Below, one piece after another: positions 1 through 7,332 of a DNA stretch of 64,000 bases (position 1 is the first letter of the stretch; the number at the start of each line of letters is the position of its first letter). The notes below the pieces were generated by a model. That model was not told where the DNA came from. It did no database searches and saw nothing but the letters and a program-made list of their open reading frames with translations. The stretch is from an uncultured Gammaproteobacteria bacterium (GTDB lineage Bacteria > Patescibacteriota > Patescibacteriia > UBA9934): contig CAYNYL010000001.1 of the NCBI GenBank assembly GCA_964401485.1, forward strand, positions 67,834 to 131,833, given 5' to 3'. The position numbers were made by a program, and so were the translations under genes.

Positions 1-282
1 GATGGCGAGTTTTTTGTTTGCGGCGTCGAGGAGGTCGATGCCGAAGTCGTGCGACATGAGCACGACCCAGTAAAGCACGTCGGCAAGCTCCTCGCCGATC
101 GCCTCGCGCTTTGCTTCGACATGCGCGTTAAGCTCCCCTTCCTTCTTCCACTGAAACAGCTCGAGCGTTTCGGTCGCTTCAAGGACAAGCGACAACGCCA
201 TGTCCTTCGGGTTGTGGAACTGCTTCCAATCCCGCGCTTCCCGTATCGCAAGGACTTTCTCTCTATATTCGTCGAGGGTCAT
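1..282 (-). CDS. MazG-like nucleotide pyrophosphohydrolase (DCTPP1-like), 3' end outside the window
   Basis: Not in the ORF track. Manual translation MTLDEYREKVLAIREARDWKQFHNPKDMALSLVLEATETLELFQW...EELADVLYW shows the RDWxQFHxPK and EELADV motifs. Confidence 0.85.
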   Translation of the reverse strand, partial: MTLDEYREKVLAIREARDWKQFHNPKDMALSLVLEATETLELFQWKKEGELNAHVEAKREAIGEELADVLYWVVLMSHDFGIDLLDAANKKLAI

Positions 283-283
283 A

Positions 284-703
284 CTAATTTCCTGCCGATA
301 GAATCAAGGCAAACAGAATGAAGAAGACAAGGTAGTATCCCGACTGGATCCCGAAGCGCATCCAAGCGATTCGCCGGGAATCATTCGTCCACATACTGTT
401 TCCGGCAAGAACGGGAACGACAAGCGCAAGCCAAACGAGAACGGCGAGATACACCGAGAGAAGCGTGTCGCTCGCGGGCGTGACAACCTGATTAAATAGC
501 ACCGCTTGAAAGAGCGCGAGAACGAAGGCAACGCCGTAAAGAGGCATCGCCTTTTTTTGCATCTGTGCCCGCTTTTCCGGGGTCATGCCCTTTACCCCAA
601 TAATCTCCTCCCACTGCTTTGAGAAGAGGACGCCGTACCAAACCGTCCCGAGAACCATAGACGCAACCGCGCAGGCAAGGACCGCAAGTAGATTGATTTC
701 CAT
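284..703 (-). CDS. DUF1761-like membrane protein
   Basis: INLLAVLACAVASMVLGTVWYGVLFSKQW pattern and four hydrophobic segments. Start moved to the ATG at 703. Confidence 0.75.
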   Translation of the reverse strand: MEINLLAVLACAVASMVLGTVWYGVLFSKQWEEIIGVKGMTPEKRAQMQKKAMPLYGVAFVLALFQAVLFNQVVTPASDTLLSVYLAVLVWLALVVPVLAGNSMWTNDSRRIAWMRFGIQSGYYLVFFILFALILSAGN

Positions 704-768
704 ATAGATCCATCCTAGCACACTTGATTTTTCTGCAAAAACCGGCTACTTTTGGTCCGGAGGTGAGC

Positions 769-1143
769 ATGGCTTTAACGCCTTTGTCTTGCACGATTGT
801 CTGCGATCGCAAAGACACCGAACGGAGGGTGCGCTTGACGCTCAACAAGCGCACGTGCACCGCTTACCTCGAGTCGAGCCTCTACTCGAAGGACGAGGGG
901 CATCTCGGGTCCCAAACGACCGTCTGCACCTTCGCCGAGCTCGCCCTCGCGCTTGCGTCGGCGATCCCCTGCGGAGAAGGAGCGAACGAGCACTTGATCC
1001 AACTCGAAGAATGCGCGTCGACGCGCTCCCGGAAGCGGGCGCGAACGAAGAAGCTCTCGGAGTGGAAGTCGTTCCCAACCGAGTGGATCCGTCGCGTCGA
1101 GGACGCGCTCGGAGTCTACGTCGAAGAGTCCGTCGCGGCGTAA
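769..1143 (+). CDS. Hypothetical protein (GC-rich ORFan)
   Basis: GGAGGT SD before the ATG at 769; hairpin plus T-tract after the stop. Confidence 0.6.
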   Translation: MALTPLSCTIVCDRKDTERRVRLTLNKRTCTAYLESSLYSKDEGHLGSQTTVCTFAELALALASAIPCGEGANEHLIQLEECASTRSRKRARTKKLSEWKSFPTEWIRRVEDALGVYVEESVAA

Positions 1144-1192
1144 CCGTGACTCCTCCCCGTCTCCCCCGCCAGCCTCACCGCTGGCGGATTTT

Positions 1193-1633
1193 TTATGTGA
1201 TGTTGAAGCACCAAAGAATGAGCCCGCCCCACCACCCAATAATCGAAATACAGAAGCTGATCGTCGTAACAAATTTCCAAGTTGCGGGAAGGAGCTCGCT
1301 CGCCCGACCTTCGCGCTCTCGTTTAAGAAGGCGCGGACTGAGCCAAAAACTGAGCCACGAACCGTTAAGAACGAGGACGACCGCGATGACTGCGTGAACC
1401 TGAACGACGCCAACAAACGGCTCTCCAAGATAGATCCAAGCACTCGCAAGAATCACAAGAATCATTCCGATCCAAATAAGGGGCTTCGTTACCCGGTGCG
1501 CGCGAATCGTCGCTTCGGTAAAATAGGGCGAACGCTGACCGAGAAATCCAAGGGTCTCGATAACGCTAACGGCACCAAGTCCAATAATGAACCCGGCGAA
1601 GAGAAGAAAAAGCTGGGCGGTAGTAATCTCCAT
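1193..1633 (-). CDS. Hypothetical membrane protein (about 4 TM)
   Basis: 146-aa hydrophobic ORF; TATACT -10 box 7 nt before the ATG. Confidence 0.7.
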   Translation of the reverse strand: MEITTAQLFLLFAGFIIGLGAVSVIETLGFLGQRSPYFTEATIRAHRVTKPLIWIGMILVILASAWIYLGEPFVGVVQVHAVIAVVLVLNGSWLSFWLSPRLLKREREGRASELLPATWKFVTTISFCISIIGWWGGLILWCFNIT

Positions 1634-1695
1634 ATCCCTTAGTATAGCGCACTTGCTATTCCCTGGCTCTCCGATAAGCTAGGAAGGGGGTGCCC

Positions 1696-2040
1696 ATGTC
1701 AAACGAGGATATGATCCGTCTTTGGCAGGATTGCCACCAATTGCGTACGAGTTCAGGACTCCTCACCTGCTACTTGCAACTCAGGGTCGACCTTGCGGGT
1801 CGGCGGGTTGAGATCACAAACGACTCCTATCTCGCCGAAACCCGAATCCTCTTCTTCCGGATCGACACGGCCCTCGAAAACGTACTCGAGGCGATGAAGC
1901 GCCGGGAAACCGCGAGATTCAACCACTCCTTCCTTGACGTGCCCGTCGAATCGCAAGCCGGGTCTCGTCTCTGGCTCATGGTGTGTAGCGACTGGCTCGA
2001 CGAGCTAGAAGCCTTCGTCGCAACCCACCGCGCCCCGTAG
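1696..2040 (+). CDS. Hypothetical protein (GC-rich ORFan)
   Basis: Purine-rich AGGAAGGGGG before the ATG; terminator directly after the stop. Confidence 0.6.
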   Translation: MSNEDMIRLWQDCHQLRTSSGLLTCYLQLRVDLAGRRVEITNDSYLAETRILFFRIDTALENVLEAMKRRETARFNHSFLDVPVESQAGSRLWLMVCSDWLDELEAFVATHRAP

Positions 2041-2149
2041 CCCCGCGGCTCTCTCGAGCTTGCGGGGCGTCGCTTTTTCTCTAGACCTTGCCAAAACCCG
2101 GGTAAAATGCTAAAAATTCATGTCGCTTGAAGGAGGCGACTACCAATGT
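2040..2149 (+). repeat. ~110-bp direct repeat, copy 1 (terminator + promoter + RBS module)
   Basis: GCCCCGCGGCTCTCTCGAGCTTGCGGGGCGTCGCTTTTTCTCTAGACCTTGCCAAAACC...GGAGGCGACTACCAATGT recurs 820 bp downstream. Confidence 0.95.
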
Positions 2150-2826
2150 TCAACCCGCCCTTTTTCTACACGCTGATCCGGTTTCCGGAGTTTGAGATCG
2201 CAATCGCTGGCGACAACACCGTCCAAGTTCGCGCATCCGGTAACGCCGGGGGAGGACTGCGGATCGAGTGGACGGACCATTTGCAACGATTTTCGAACGC
2301 ACTCCGTACCGCCGTTCGACTACAGGATATAGGTCGCTACTCGATCGGCCTCCCGAGCAACTTGAAGTGGGCGGTCGATAACGGCGATCGCTTCGGGGAG
2401 GAGCGCTGGGCCGGCCTACCTCCCATTTTCTCCCTTACCCCAACGGACGATGAGTACACGGAGATCAACAAGCTCTTCGGCGAGTCGCTCAATAGTTATA
2501 ACCGCTTCGGTACCCAAGAACCGGTCGGCGCGATCGGAATTGCCTCTTGTAGGAAGTTCGATCTGGTCGCGGTCTTCGAGGACTGCCACGAAGAATCCGG
2601 TCACATTCGTACGGATTGGATCGGCCCACGCTCAGTGTTTGCCGATTCCGCGAAGAACTCTCCCGAGGACGATCCCAAAAACAGGTTGGTCGTCATTCTC
2701 CCCAATGGCCGAACGATCGCTCCCGACGGCGTCGGTGAAGACACCTGCCCGAAAACGACGATAGGACCGGTCGCCTTTCGATTCAGGGAAGATCGGTTAG
2801 GTTCGCTGACGAAGTACCTGATCTAG
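2146..2826 (+). CDS. Hypothetical protein, distant paralog of 2965-3615
   Basis: GGAGG SD; shares QVR...AG.G.R.EW and WIGP with the next ORF. Confidence 0.7.
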   Translation: MFNPPFFYTLIRFPEFEIAIAGDNTVQVRASGNAGGGLRIEWTDHLQRFSNALRTAVRLQDIGRYSIGLPSNLKWAVDNGDRFGEERWAGLPPIFSLTPTDDEYTEINKLFGESLNSYNRFGTQEPVGAIGIASCRKFDLVAVFEDCHEESGHIRTDWIGPRSVFADSAKNSPEDDPKNRLVVILPNGRTIAPDGVGEDTCPKTTIGPVAFRFREDRLGSLTKYLI

Positions 2827-2859
2827 CTGAACGCTGGCGCATTCCCGCTTTCGCCCCCT

Positions 2860-2968
2860 GCCCCGCGGCTCTCTCGAGCTTGCGGGGCGTCGCTTTTTCT
2901 CTAGACCTTGCCAAAACCTCGGTAAAATGCTAAAAATCCTTGTCGCTTTAGGAGGCGACTACCAATGT
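2860..2968 (+). repeat. ~110-bp direct repeat, copy 2
   Basis: Near-identical to 2040-2149, with a few substitutions and one indel. Confidence 0.95.
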
Positions 2969-3615
2969 ACGAGCTCTTTTTTCACTTTATCGTCAAGCCC
3001 GGAATCACCTTCGGCATCTCTGCGAAGAACCGTTTTCAAGTCAGGTGTGAAGAAGAGGCTGGAGCGGGAGTGCGATGGGAGTGGCGCGGAAGTTTGGAAG
3101 AACTCGCAAGCGCGATCAAAGACTCAAAGACACTCGACGAGTCCATGCCGATCGCCTACCACTTCTGGAACAGCGTTGTCCTTAACGAAGGCGAATCCAC
3201 CTTCGAAGACTCCCTCGAAGACTGGTCGAACAGGCCAAAGGCGATCGCTACGACCGTCTTTCTCGAAGACCCGGAGGAGAACCGTGATCTCGACGCCACG
3301 CTCCGACGATTCCTCGAGAGTCGACCGACGTTCGCCAAGGTGGACCATGCGGATGGCTCCGTGTACATATGCGAAGAGCTCCGTCTCATCCAGATCGACG
3401 GTGTGGTCAAAGATCATCTCGGCTTCGTCGTTCACCGCTGGATCGGTCCGATCAAGACCATCCTCGATCAAATCAACCCGATCGAAACAGAGAGAATTCT
3501 CTTGGGCTGGTACGGCCTTAACCTCGCCGACATGCGCGACCCAACGACATCCCTCAAGTTCGAGATCACGATGGACCGCGTCGAGCACCTACTCCTTGTC
3601 CTTCGCTCAGCCTAG
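2965..3615 (+). CDS. Hypothetical protein, distant paralog of 2146-2826
   Basis: GGAGG SD, shared motifs, GC hairpin after the stop. Confidence 0.7.
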   Translation: MYELFFHFIVKPGITFGISAKNRFQVRCEEEAGAGVRWEWRGSLEELASAIKDSKTLDESMPIAYHFWNSVVLNEGESTFEDSLEDWSNRPKAIATTVFLEDPEENRDLDATLRRFLESRPTFAKVDHADGSVYICEELRLIQIDGVVKDHLGFVVHRWIGPIKTILDQINPIETERILLGWYGLNLADMRDPTTSLKFEITMDRVEHLLLVLRSA

Positions 3616-3667
3616 CGACCAAGCCCCTCCCCGCCCTCTTTCAAGTCGGCGGGGTTTCCCTTTTCCG

Positions 3668-3696
3668 TTGACCAAACCGCCCTCCCCTGCTATACT
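3668..3696 (+). promoter_or_regulatory. Sigma70-type promoter of the tRNA pair
   Basis: TTGACC-17 nt-TATACT. Confidence 0.75.
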
Positions 3697-3708
3697 GCCC
3701 CCACAAAT

Positions 3709-3794
3709 GCCGTGGTGGCGGAATGGTATACGCGACGGACTCAAAATCCGTTTCCCTAACAGGATTGAGGGTTCGAGTCCCTCCCACGGTACCA
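3709..3794 (+). tRNA. tRNA-Leu(CAA)
   Basis: Cloverleaf with long variable arm, CT-CAA-AA anticodon loop, GGTTCGAGTCC T-arm and encoded CCA. Confidence 0.95.
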
Positions 3795-3798
3795 AAAT

Positions 3799-3875
3799 GG
3801 CTGGGTAGCTCAGTTGGTTAGAGCGAGGGACTCATAAGCCCTAGGTCGTGGGTTCGATTCCCACCCCCGCCACCA
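3799..3875 (+). tRNA. tRNA-Met(CAT), probably elongator
   Basis: CT-CAT-AA loop, paired G1-C72 (so not initiator), G2-C71/C3-G70, encoded CCA. Ile2 is not strictly excluded. Confidence 0.85.
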
Positions 3876-3906
3876 AAAAGTCGTCCTTTTACAGGGCGAT
3901 TTTTTG
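3876..3906 (+). terminator. Intrinsic terminator after the tRNAs
   Basis: AAAAAGTCGTCCT-TTAC-AGGGCGATTTTTT. Confidence 0.8.
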
Positions 3907-3949
3907 TTTATTTTTTAGCTGATTTTAGCCTTTTTTAATCATTTTGCCC

Positions 3950-3978
3950 TTGACATTTTCCAAAAAATATGGTATGGT
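3950..3978 (+). promoter_or_regulatory. Sigma70-type promoter of the large ncRNA candidate
   Basis: TTGACA-17 nt-TATGGT with an extended -10 TG. Confidence 0.75.
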
Positions 3979-3982
3979 AATA

Positions 3983-4494
3983 CTTCGTTGGAACAGTGCC
4001 TAATGCCCTGTAAACTAACGAAATCCGGAAACGTCGGAGGTACAATGTACCAGAAGCCGTTCCTCTAATAGGGTCAAAGCCCTTCCCTTCCTGCCGGGGG
4101 CTCATCTCGTCGGCAGGCGTGATCGCTTGGATCATGGTATCAACTCAACCAAGCCTCCTTGACCAGGAGTAAATCGGTCGGAGCATTCATGCTCGATCAA
4201 TAAAAACCTTCCTCCTCGCGGATACGGCGAGAATCGGAAGGGCTACATACACAGTATCCGGGGGTTACACTACCTCGACAACTCGAGCTCGGCTGGGTAA
4301 AGAACGGCGCTAATTGCGGGCCTAGTACTTACACGAAGAGTGAACCTGGTGACAGGTGAATCGAGACGTCGACCTCGTCAGGGTCGAACTAAACGGTTAC
4401 GTGCCGATTTCGTCTGAAGTCGGTTCGTCCAGAACGCCCGATCTACTCGGGCTTTGTGAACGCCAAACGACTCGCCTTTACGGCGGGTCTTTTG
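3983..4494 (+). ncRNA. Large structured non-coding RNA candidate, family unassigned
   Basis: Bounded by a promoter and a terminator, no convincing ORF, more than 10 hairpins, long-range helices and two potential pseudoknots (see findings). Confidence 0.7.
4469..4494 (+). terminator. Intrinsic terminator
   Basis: GACTCGCC-TTTAC-GGCGGGTC-TTTT. Confidence 0.8.
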
Positions 4495-4525
4495 TTTATA
4501 TGAACCCGAGTTTCCTCCCTTCAAC

Positions 4526-4598
4526 CATGCGATCACAGATACTTCCCAAAATATGAGGACAGGTAGGCATTTTTAAAACCAGCTTGTGATCGGACCCC
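4526..4598 (+). repeat. Dispersed ~65-bp element with CGATCACA/TGTGATCG inverted ends (copy A)
   Basis: Similar to the reverse complement of 52890-52963; both share CATGCGATCACAGAT...AAACCA...TGTGATCGGA. Confidence 0.7.
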
Positions 4599-4622
4599 CT
4601 ATTTCGCGGGACAGACGCCCTC

Positions 4623-5114
4623 CTATAAAACGAACCGTCCAGAAATCGTAAGAAACGTAACGATGGCTCCTGAACACAAGAGTCCAAAAAGAATACCCGC
4701 AAACGCTTGCCGCACTGGAATTTTTAGCGCAACAGCCGCGAGTGTCGCGGTATAAAGTCCCGTTAAAGGAAGTGGGATCCCAACAAAAACCGCAAGGGCC
4801 CAAGCCCCATACCGAGCAAAATGGCCCGATACTTTTCGCTCTGCCCGTAGGACAAGGTGGTCAAGAAACCGAACACTCCACGGCGCGACCTTCTCAAGAA
4901 TTTTGCGAAACGTTGCGAGCCCAAAATATAGTGGAAAAAATGGAATCAGATTACCAAGAATCGCAAGACAAAATACCGTAACAGGGCCCATGTTCCAATG
5001 AAGAATCCCAACAGGAATTGCAAGACGAAGTTCCCCAATAGGAACAGCACCAAGAAGAATGACCGCGAGTTCGCGAGGCACACCCTCAAGCGCTAAAACA
5101 ATTGCCTCTTTCAT
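4623..5114 (-). CDS. Putative small multidrug export family membrane protein (COG2426-like)
   Basis: PIGELRLAIPVG and FVGIPLPLTG motifs. Confidence 0.85.
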   Translation of the reverse strand: MKEAIVLALEGVPRELAVILLGAVPIGELRLAIPVGILHWNMGPVTVFCLAILGNLIPFFPLYFGLATFRKILEKVAPWSVRFLDHLVLRAERKVSGHFARYGAWALAVFVGIPLPLTGLYTATLAAVALKIPVRQAFAGILFGLLCSGAIVTFLTISGRFVL

Positions 5115-5115
5115 A

Positions 5116-6075
5116 TTATTCCCAAGAAAACACATCAAACACCCACTCCGCAAGCGCTTTTACGTCCGTCTCACGATCCGTCTTTGTTTCCGCCCCAAGC
5201 GCCGCAATATAGACCTTGTGCCCGTCCTTCTCAACGGCGCTCGTAAGAACATAGCCCGCCTGCGGAAGATACCCTGTCTTCCCCGCTGTAATCGCAAATG
5301 GAGGCTCCGCAAGATAACTCGCAAGAAGTTGATTCGTATTATCAACCGTAATCACCGCCCCGCTTCCCTGCCTGATGGTTGCCGTAGCAGTTGTCATCGC
5401 TTCTTGAAGCACGTCGTACGTTTCCGCCGTCCGCAAAAGTTTAATCATGTCGCGCGCCGTTGAGGTATTCTCGCTACGAATTCCGGTAGGATCAACAAAG
5501 GTTGTCGAGGTCATCCCGAGCTCCCGCGCCTTCTCGTTCATCTTCGCAACAAACGCCTCCTTTTCCATCCCAGAAAATCGCACGAGCGACTCCGTCGCCG
5601 TATTGTCCGATCCGACAATTGCCGTCGTAAACACGTCCGCAAGCTCCGTCTCGTCAAAATAGTTTAGGTAGAGTCGTCCTCCCCCAACGTAATCGTCGGG
5701 TGTGAGCGTCACCTCTTTTGTTAACTCAGGTTTTGCCTCTAAAAAGACGATCGCCGTCATGAGCTTTGTAACGCTCCCGATCGAGCGCACGTCGTCCGGA
5801 CGCCGTCCAATCATCATCATTTCCGTCACCCCATCCTCAACGATAATGCTTCTCGCAGAAGTAAAAACGCCGAGCGCCTCCTTCTTCACTTTCTTTGGGT
5901 ACGCTGGCGCAAATGGACCAAAAAGCGACGCAGGAACTCCCGTCCCTCGCTCTGGTAAAAAGGTCTCAACGGAAGCGGTTCGCGTATACGCCGACTCTAA
6001 ATCAGCAATATCTGTTTTCAGGTACTGCTTATAAAAGAGCGAGCTCGCAAGATCGTGGATTAGGGTGTCAAACAT
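5116..6075 (-). CDS. D-alanyl-D-alanine carboxypeptidase/endopeptidase (peptidase S11)
   Basis: SVTK (SxxK), SDN and KTG motifs. Confidence 0.9.
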   Translation of the reverse strand: MFDTLIHDLASSLFYKQYLKTDIADLESAYTRTASVETFLPERGTGVPASLFGPFAPAYPKKVKKEALGVFTSARSIIVEDGVTEMMMIGRRPDDVRSIGSVTKLMTAIVFLEAKPELTKEVTLTPDDYVGGGRLYLNYFDETELADVFTTAIVGSDNTATESLVRFSGMEKEAFVAKMNEKARELGMTSTTFVDPTGIRSENTSTARDMIKLLRTAETYDVLQEAMTTATATIRQGSGAVITVDNTNQLLASYLAEPPFAITAGKTGYLPQAGYVLTSAVEKDGHKVYIAALGAETKTDRETDVKALAEWVFDVFSWE

Positions 6076-6076
6076 A

Positions 6077-6604
6077 TTACGAAGCCATGTCTTCAAGCAT
6101 CTTATCAATTTTTGCGTAAGAATGTAACTTTTCGTAGTCCGGCAATTCTTCAACGCGGGTCAGCCCAAGATATTTAAGTGTGTCGCTTGTAAGGCGATAG
6201 CGGGGCTCAAGATCCGTGTCATCTTCATCGATAAGTCCACGGATAAGAAGGTTGCGTAAAATAAGCGATGAATTGACGCCTCGAATCGTCTCGATTTCCG
6301 CCTTTCCGATCGGGCCTCGGTAGGCAATAATCGTCAGCGTTTCAAGTTGCGGTCGTGTAAGCGGGGCCTCTTCGGCCTTGCCCGTAAGCGACGCGAGAAC
6401 TTCGGAAGCCTCGGGCGCAGTCACGAGTTCAAGTGCGTCGTCGAGCTCCTGAAGCCGAATACCCGACCCCTCGCCAAACTTTTCTCGGAGCGAAGCAACA
6501 AGAGCTTCAAGTTCTTCACGAGAACAGGAAAGAAGTTTTTCGAGCTCGCGTTTTTTGACCGGTCGCCCAAGATGAAAGAGTACCGCCTCAAGAAGATGTG
6601 TCAT
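6077..6604 (-). CDS. scpB: SMC-Scp complex subunit ScpB
   Basis: LEAVLF; LETLTIIAYRGPI...IETIRGVNS. Confidence 0.92.
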   Translation of the reverse strand: MTHLLEAVLFHLGRPVKKRELEKLLSCSREELEALVASLREKFGEGSGIRLQELDDALELVTAPEASEVLASLTGKAEEAPLTRPQLETLTIIAYRGPIGKAEIETIRGVNSSLILRNLLIRGLIDEDDTDLEPRYRLTSDTLKYLGLTRVEELPDYEKLHSYAKIDKMLEDMAS

Positions 6605-7290
6605 AGCGCTTGAATAAGAATATGTTGCTTAGAGTGTTGTTCAGCGATAACGACCTGCCTTCGGACAAGCTCGAGAAGCGCAAGGAAACTAACGACCACT
6701 TCCGCGCGACTTTTCGCTCCCCGCACAAGATCTTTAAAGGCAAATGATTTTCGCGCAAGGATCGCTCGCTCGAGCTCCTTCATCCGTACCTCAATCGAGA
6801 CAACTTTTTCCATGGTCGTTTCTTGCAACGCGAAAAATGGTTCGAGCCGTTTAATAATGGACAAAAAGAGCCGATGAAGATTTCCCGTCGTTACCGCGTC
6901 CGTTGGCGCAAACCGCACCGCCGTCTCCTTCTTTCGGACAATCTGCCTCGACCAAAGCACCCGCTTTCCAAAAAGCGCAACGATCTTTTCCGCCGTCTCG
7001 CGAAACATCGCGTAGAGCCGAAGTTGTTCCTCAAGACTCCCCTCCTCTTCTTCGACCGAAAGGTCCGGAAGAAGCTCGATGCTTTTAAGATGGATGAGGC
7101 GAGAAGCGGTCACGAGAAAATCCGCCATCTCCTCGGGAAGGATTTTCTGCCCCTCAACGTAGCGCAAAAAATCATCCGCGATCCGCGCAAGATTCACCTC
7201 GGTAATTTCGAGCTGTTTCTTCTTAAGGACATCAAGAAGAAGCGCAAGCGGCCCCTCAAACCGTTCCTGTTTAATCGCAAAAAGAGACAT
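6601..7290 (-). CDS. scpA: Segregation and condensation protein A
   Basis: FEGPLALLL at the N-terminus, VVSFLALLEL at the C-terminus; adjacent to scpB. Confidence 0.92.
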   Translation of the reverse strand: MSLFAIKQERFEGPLALLLDVLKKKQLEITEVNLARIADDFLRYVEGQKILPEEMADFLVTASRLIHLKSIELLPDLSVEEEEGSLEEQLRLYAMFRETAEKIVALFGKRVLWSRQIVRKKETAVRFAPTDAVTTGNLHRLFLSIIKRLEPFFALQETTMEKVVSIEVRMKELERAILARKSFAFKDLVRGAKSRAEVVVSFLALLELVRRQVVIAEQHSKQHILIQAL

Positions 7291-7332
7291 GGCCCAAGTA
7301 TAGCAGAAAACGAGGCTTTCGCCCCGTTTTTC

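Noticed and set aside
2040-2968. CRISPR array or integron attC sites
   Set aside because: Only two 110-bp copies 820 bp apart, no RYYYAAC/GTTRRRY boxes, and no cas or integrase gene in the window.
3983-4494. tmRNA, RNase P RNA or self-splicing intron as the identity of the large RNA
   Set aside because: No tRNA-like ends or T-arm/CCA, no GAGGAAAGTCC core and no group II domain V. AATTGCGGG resembles the group I P element, but Q/R/S elements and flanking exons were not found.
3935-4556. Short ORFs 3935-4135 (-) and 4356-4556 (+)
   Set aside because: Only 66 aa, no recognisable motifs, and they cross the promoter or terminator of the structured region.
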